Shown: in pieces, positions 15,701 to 17,315 of the stretch
How positions within the stretch are numbered: the first letter of the stretch is position 1
Layout: every line of letters starts with the position of its first letter
From: an uncultured delta proteobacterium
GTDB lineage: Bacteria > Myxococcota_A > Polyangia > Polyangiales > B10-G4
Reading direction: 5' to 3'
NCBI GenBank assembly: GCA_963727445.1
Contig: CAVSGI010000013.1
Location: 1 to 17,315 of the forward strand
Length of the DNA stretch: 17,315 nucleotides
The notes under the pieces: model-generated
Databases searched by the model: none
Seen by the model: the letters and a program-made list of their open reading frames with translations, nothing else
What the model was told of the DNA's origin: nothing
Made by a program: the position numbers and the translations under genes

Positions 15701-16237
15701 ACCTTCGACAGCGACGGTCTCATCACCGGTGTCGCCGGGACGCTCAACTGGGAGATCGACCTGGCCTCCTCCGAGCAGGTGACCGGCCCCCTGGCCCTCT
15801 TCAACGGGCGCGTCTACTTCGGCTCCTTCAAGTCGATCACCTCGACCACCGACGCCTGCCAGTTCGGCGAGAGCCGCCTGTGGGGTGTGGACTACGTGGC
15901 GAACGACGGCAGCGGCGGTCCGGCCGACGGCATCGAGTCCGTGGCGGGCTCGGGGGTGATCGACGCGACCTACGTCGGCCCCTACACCAACGAGATCATC
16001 ATGGGTGTCGCCGTGACCCAGCAGCCGAACTGCTTCCTCGGGATATCGGAGATCGACACCTACGTGGGCAACCGCTTCCGTGTCACGCAACAGGGCGGCG
16101 GCGGCTTCCAACTGGTCGCCCAGGTCGGCGGCGATGGCGCGCTCAGCACCGGGGCGAGCCTCGCGCAGATCACCCGGAGCCTGCCGGCGCCCACGCCCTA
16201 CACCGAGATCCTCGGCATGGCGGGCGCCATCGAGTAA
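12773..16237 (+). CDS. pilY1: PilY1-like type IV pilus tip adhesin (1154 aa): N-terminal vWA domain with MIDAS, C-terminal PilY1/PilC beta-propeller
   Basis: Signal peptide (MDRLRRLMLAAAGLALGLALAAGTASSAEA). vWA motifs are VTLLIDTSGSM (DxSxS MIDAS), RFALMTFDG and FAILVTDGYPN. The C-terminal region contains VLYVGTNDGILHAFAV, the characteristic (L)Y(F/V)GxNDGxLHAF signature of PilY1/PilC C-terminal domains. It immediately follows the minor-pilin genes, and its ATG at 12773 overlaps the PilX-like gene stop (alternative start at 12809). Confidence 0.85.
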   Translation: MKQRPRIRRSLEMDRLRRLMLAAAGLALGLALAAGTASSAEAQSAPDLRNIRPMVTLLIDTSGSMERTAGCTCVTASCRECLPDCSVPDYNKWSVLLEAFTGTFDTFSCTEVARSTYAGDYDAGYFIPHYEPPVGISTQQSNGIMDVYVDRIRFALMTFDGVSTLTTQNTLVPDSAWTVAFENNSAGVLGMYSYGGSKLFNFLGCATDYRLDNGARNDSDDGSGNYVPGNLISMGNSSDDHTVVNAAIQNALLGTRPFGPTPIAGMLSDYEYFLANDPDLQLPTTVGGAGDAYANCRPRFAILVTDGYPNADMRGLPYQCDASGYTCPYDLPQDTAARLCDYDSLDGACTGDVDGVFVVGFNVSDSTAVTTLDGIAAAGGTTEAYYATDRDTLVAALSTALDSAAPGATSRTVPAFVSSASVTSSSAKYQFNAGFKVGGISGTDPWAGVIERKRYQCCADSVCSGPGTLVVEQAVSSADNDTFHEVLTARTTDRNLYTVLPTTNGNETGWLTNTADADIPSTRVPGTSVTAVTNGQTGGSPDEENLDVTILETSTGGGSVTYTNLAAADLAEADAVLDWVYARGSAASGRLANRLGDIYHSSPLVVSAPRIDRTDEAFNLFRRQGDVVARPTVLYVGTNDGILHAFAVEEHDVNTVCGQIREKSTACTHTAYNSTNPITAGEELWGFVPPLLVPKLKDASVSHQWMVDGSPVVKDMYYARVLGDAPLASEYHTVLVAGLRNGGSGVYALDVTDPITEASGSTAGSHVFQPPKFLWQFSDSDMGETYGTPALAEVLVNESGTLVARAVAIIPGGKGSATGDPSASLSTNQLSVSDVTGARTERSEYDTVGRSLYVVDVATGRLLRKFDSTILTAPMTGAVAAYPGDVGQVADRAFMTDADGVIWRLDMSDPDPANWSVIAFHDIFHDQANVFSQPAYNAPILSVDDQGDLVVLQATGDIDILDGTDFNRVVSLTENLTFDSDGLITGVAGTLNWEIDLASSEQVTGPLALFNGRVYFGSFKSITSTTDACQFGESRLWGVDYVANDGSGGPADGIESVAGSGVIDATYVGPYTNEIIMGVAVTQQPNCFLGISEIDTYVGNRFRVTQQGGGGFQLVAQVGGDGALSTGASLAQITRSLPAPTPYTEILGMAGAIE

Positions 16238-16278
16238 GTCGACTGCGCGCTGGCCCGGCGTCGAGAGGCGGGGGTAGG

Positions 16279-16806
16279 ATGCGGAGCGTGATGCGCATGG
16301 CGCCGATCCTGATCGCGATCGCTTCGCTCGGCCTCGCCGCCTGCGGTGACGACGACGGGGAGCGCCCGCCGGCCCCGGTCGTCCAGGAAGTCCAGCCGCC
16401 GGCGCCCGAAGACGACCCCGAGAGCCTCTACGACCGCGAAGGCAATCTCCTCGAGAGCGACGTCGTCGTCGCCGGGCTCACGCTGCCGCGCGGTCTCGAT
16501 GCGGCAGGCGAGATGGACCGCTTCCACGCCTATCGGAGCTCGGTGCCGATCGGGAAGCTTCAGGCCTACTTCGGGCCGCGGCTCATCACCGGGCAGGTCG
16601 ATCAGCACGGCTCGGGGGCCGTCTATCGCGAGGCCGTGCCCCGCGAGGCGCGCGGCGGCATCGTGAAGATGGACGTCGCCATCATCCCGATGAGTCAGGT
16701 CGCCACCCGCATCGAGATCCGGGAGATCCCGCCGGTGCCCGAAAACCCGCCGAGCGAAGCGGACGTGGTCCAGCACTGGAACGAAGAGCAGCCGCAGCTG
16801 GACTGA
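16279..16806 (+). CDS. hypothetical small lipoprotein (about 175 aa)
   Basis: MRSVMRMAPILIAIASLGLAACGDDDG is a signal peptide with a lipobox. A G-rich candidate RBS (GGGGGTAGG) lies just upstream of the ATG at 16279. No recognisable domain. Confidence 0.55.
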   Translation: MRSVMRMAPILIAIASLGLAACGDDDGERPPAPVVQEVQPPAPEDDPESLYDREGNLLESDVVVAGLTLPRGLDAAGEMDRFHAYRSSVPIGKLQAYFGPRLITGQVDQHGSGAVYREAVPREARGGIVKMDVAIIPMSQVATRIEIREIPPVPENPPSEADVVQHWNEEQPQLD

Positions 16807-16807
16807 G

Positions 16808-17315
16808 CTAGCCCCGCATGCGCAGGATCTGATCGATCGACTCGCGGGCAGCGCCGGTCTCGTTGGCGGCGGCGCGTCTCAGCAGATTGCCGACCTCGGG
16901 CAGATCCGCGTTGGCGAGGAGCCGCCGGACGAGCTCCCGCTCGTTCTTGTCGCCGTGGCGCAGCACGTCGATGAGCAGCTCGGCGGCGTCGACGCTCTGG
17001 ATCTTCCCGATCGACTCGAGCGCCGTGCGCCGCACCGTGACGTCGCTCGACTCGCGGTAGATTCTTGCGAGCGGGTCGAAGGCGTGGCCGAAGTGGAGCG
17101 CGGCCACCGCGGCGAGGGCCTGCTTCTGAACGGCTTCGTCCTCGTCCTTGAGGCCGCGCATCACCAGGATGAAGCTCCGCTTGAAGAAGAGCTGGCGCAC
17201 GGCGCGGAGCACCGCCTCGCGCACGCGGCCGTCCTCGTGGCCGTACATCTTCTCGAGCGGCGACAGGGAGGCGTAGATCTCCACGCGGCCGAGCTCGTGG
17301 GCGAGGCCCACCAGG
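16808..17315 (-). CDS. HEAT-repeat (PBS-lyase HEAT-like) protein, C-terminal part; the N-terminus lies beyond the window end
   Basis: Repeated ~30-aa helical units with the A..ALG.IG....V..L...L.D.D..VRR.A pattern (ALESIGKIQSVDAAELLIDVLRHGDKNERELVRRLLANADLPEVGNLLRRAAANE). The ORF is open to the window edge. Confidence 0.6.
   Translation of the reverse strand, partial: LVGLAHELGRVEIYASLSPLEKMYGHEDGRVREAVLRAVRQLFFKRSFILVMRGLKDEDEAVQKQALAAVAALHFGHAFDPLARIYRESSDVTVRRTALESIGKIQSVDAAELLIDVLRHGDKNERELVRRLLANADLPEVGNLLRRAAANETGAARESIDQILRMRG

Noticed and set aside
12647-16111. Two long minus-strand ORFs (525 and 548 aa) antisense to pilY1, and 10933-11904 (-) antisense to pilW
   Set aside because: They are Gly/Val/Asp/Ala/Arg-rich with no motifs, and are mirror artefacts of the PilY1 and PilW coding strands in GC-rich sequence.

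Overview
The window is high-GC DNA (roughly 66-70% over most of it) that looks myxobacterial. A MYXO-CTERM-type C-terminal sorting tail, SBBP beta-propeller repeats, MopE-like and Myxococcus-type cysteine-rich repeats, and a fimU-pilV-pilW-pilX-pilY1 cluster all point to Myxococcota. Three blocks are visible. (1) Positions 39-8628 on the minus strand hold eight tightly packed genes, several joined by 4-nt ATGA start/stop overlaps. They are led by a LuxR-family regulator and encode signal-peptide or lipobox proteins: two cysteine-rich lipoproteins with MopE-like motifs (one with an SBBP beta-propeller), a small lipoprotein, a matrixin-like zinc metalloprotease with a MYXO-CTERM tail, a lipoprotein with an FGE-sulfatase (SUMF1-like) domain that seems to lack the catalytic Cys pair, and two unknowns in a lower-GC terminal segment. 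(2) Positions 8629-9375 are an intergenic island containing a 22-bp perfect palindrome centred on CACGTG, a GTCACCC/GGGTGAC hairpin, three tandem ~51-bp repeats each built around CGGTCACA...TGTGACCG inverted arms, and a tRNA-Leu(CAG) on the minus strand. (3) Positions 9626-16237 on the plus strand are a type IV pilus minor-pilin and tip-adhesin operon. It reads FimU/GspH-like, PilV-like, a PilW-like gene interrupted by a frameshift inside a (GC)4 tract, PilX-like, then a 1154-aa PilY1 with an N-terminal vWA/MIDAS domain. A small lipoprotein and a convergent partial HEAT-repeat protein follow. The most plausible candidate for an undescribed system is the LuxR-led secreted cysteine-rich / metalloprotease / pseudo-FGE module together with its palindromic operator candidates. 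I did not recognise any canonical defence system, CRISPR array or mobile-element gene.
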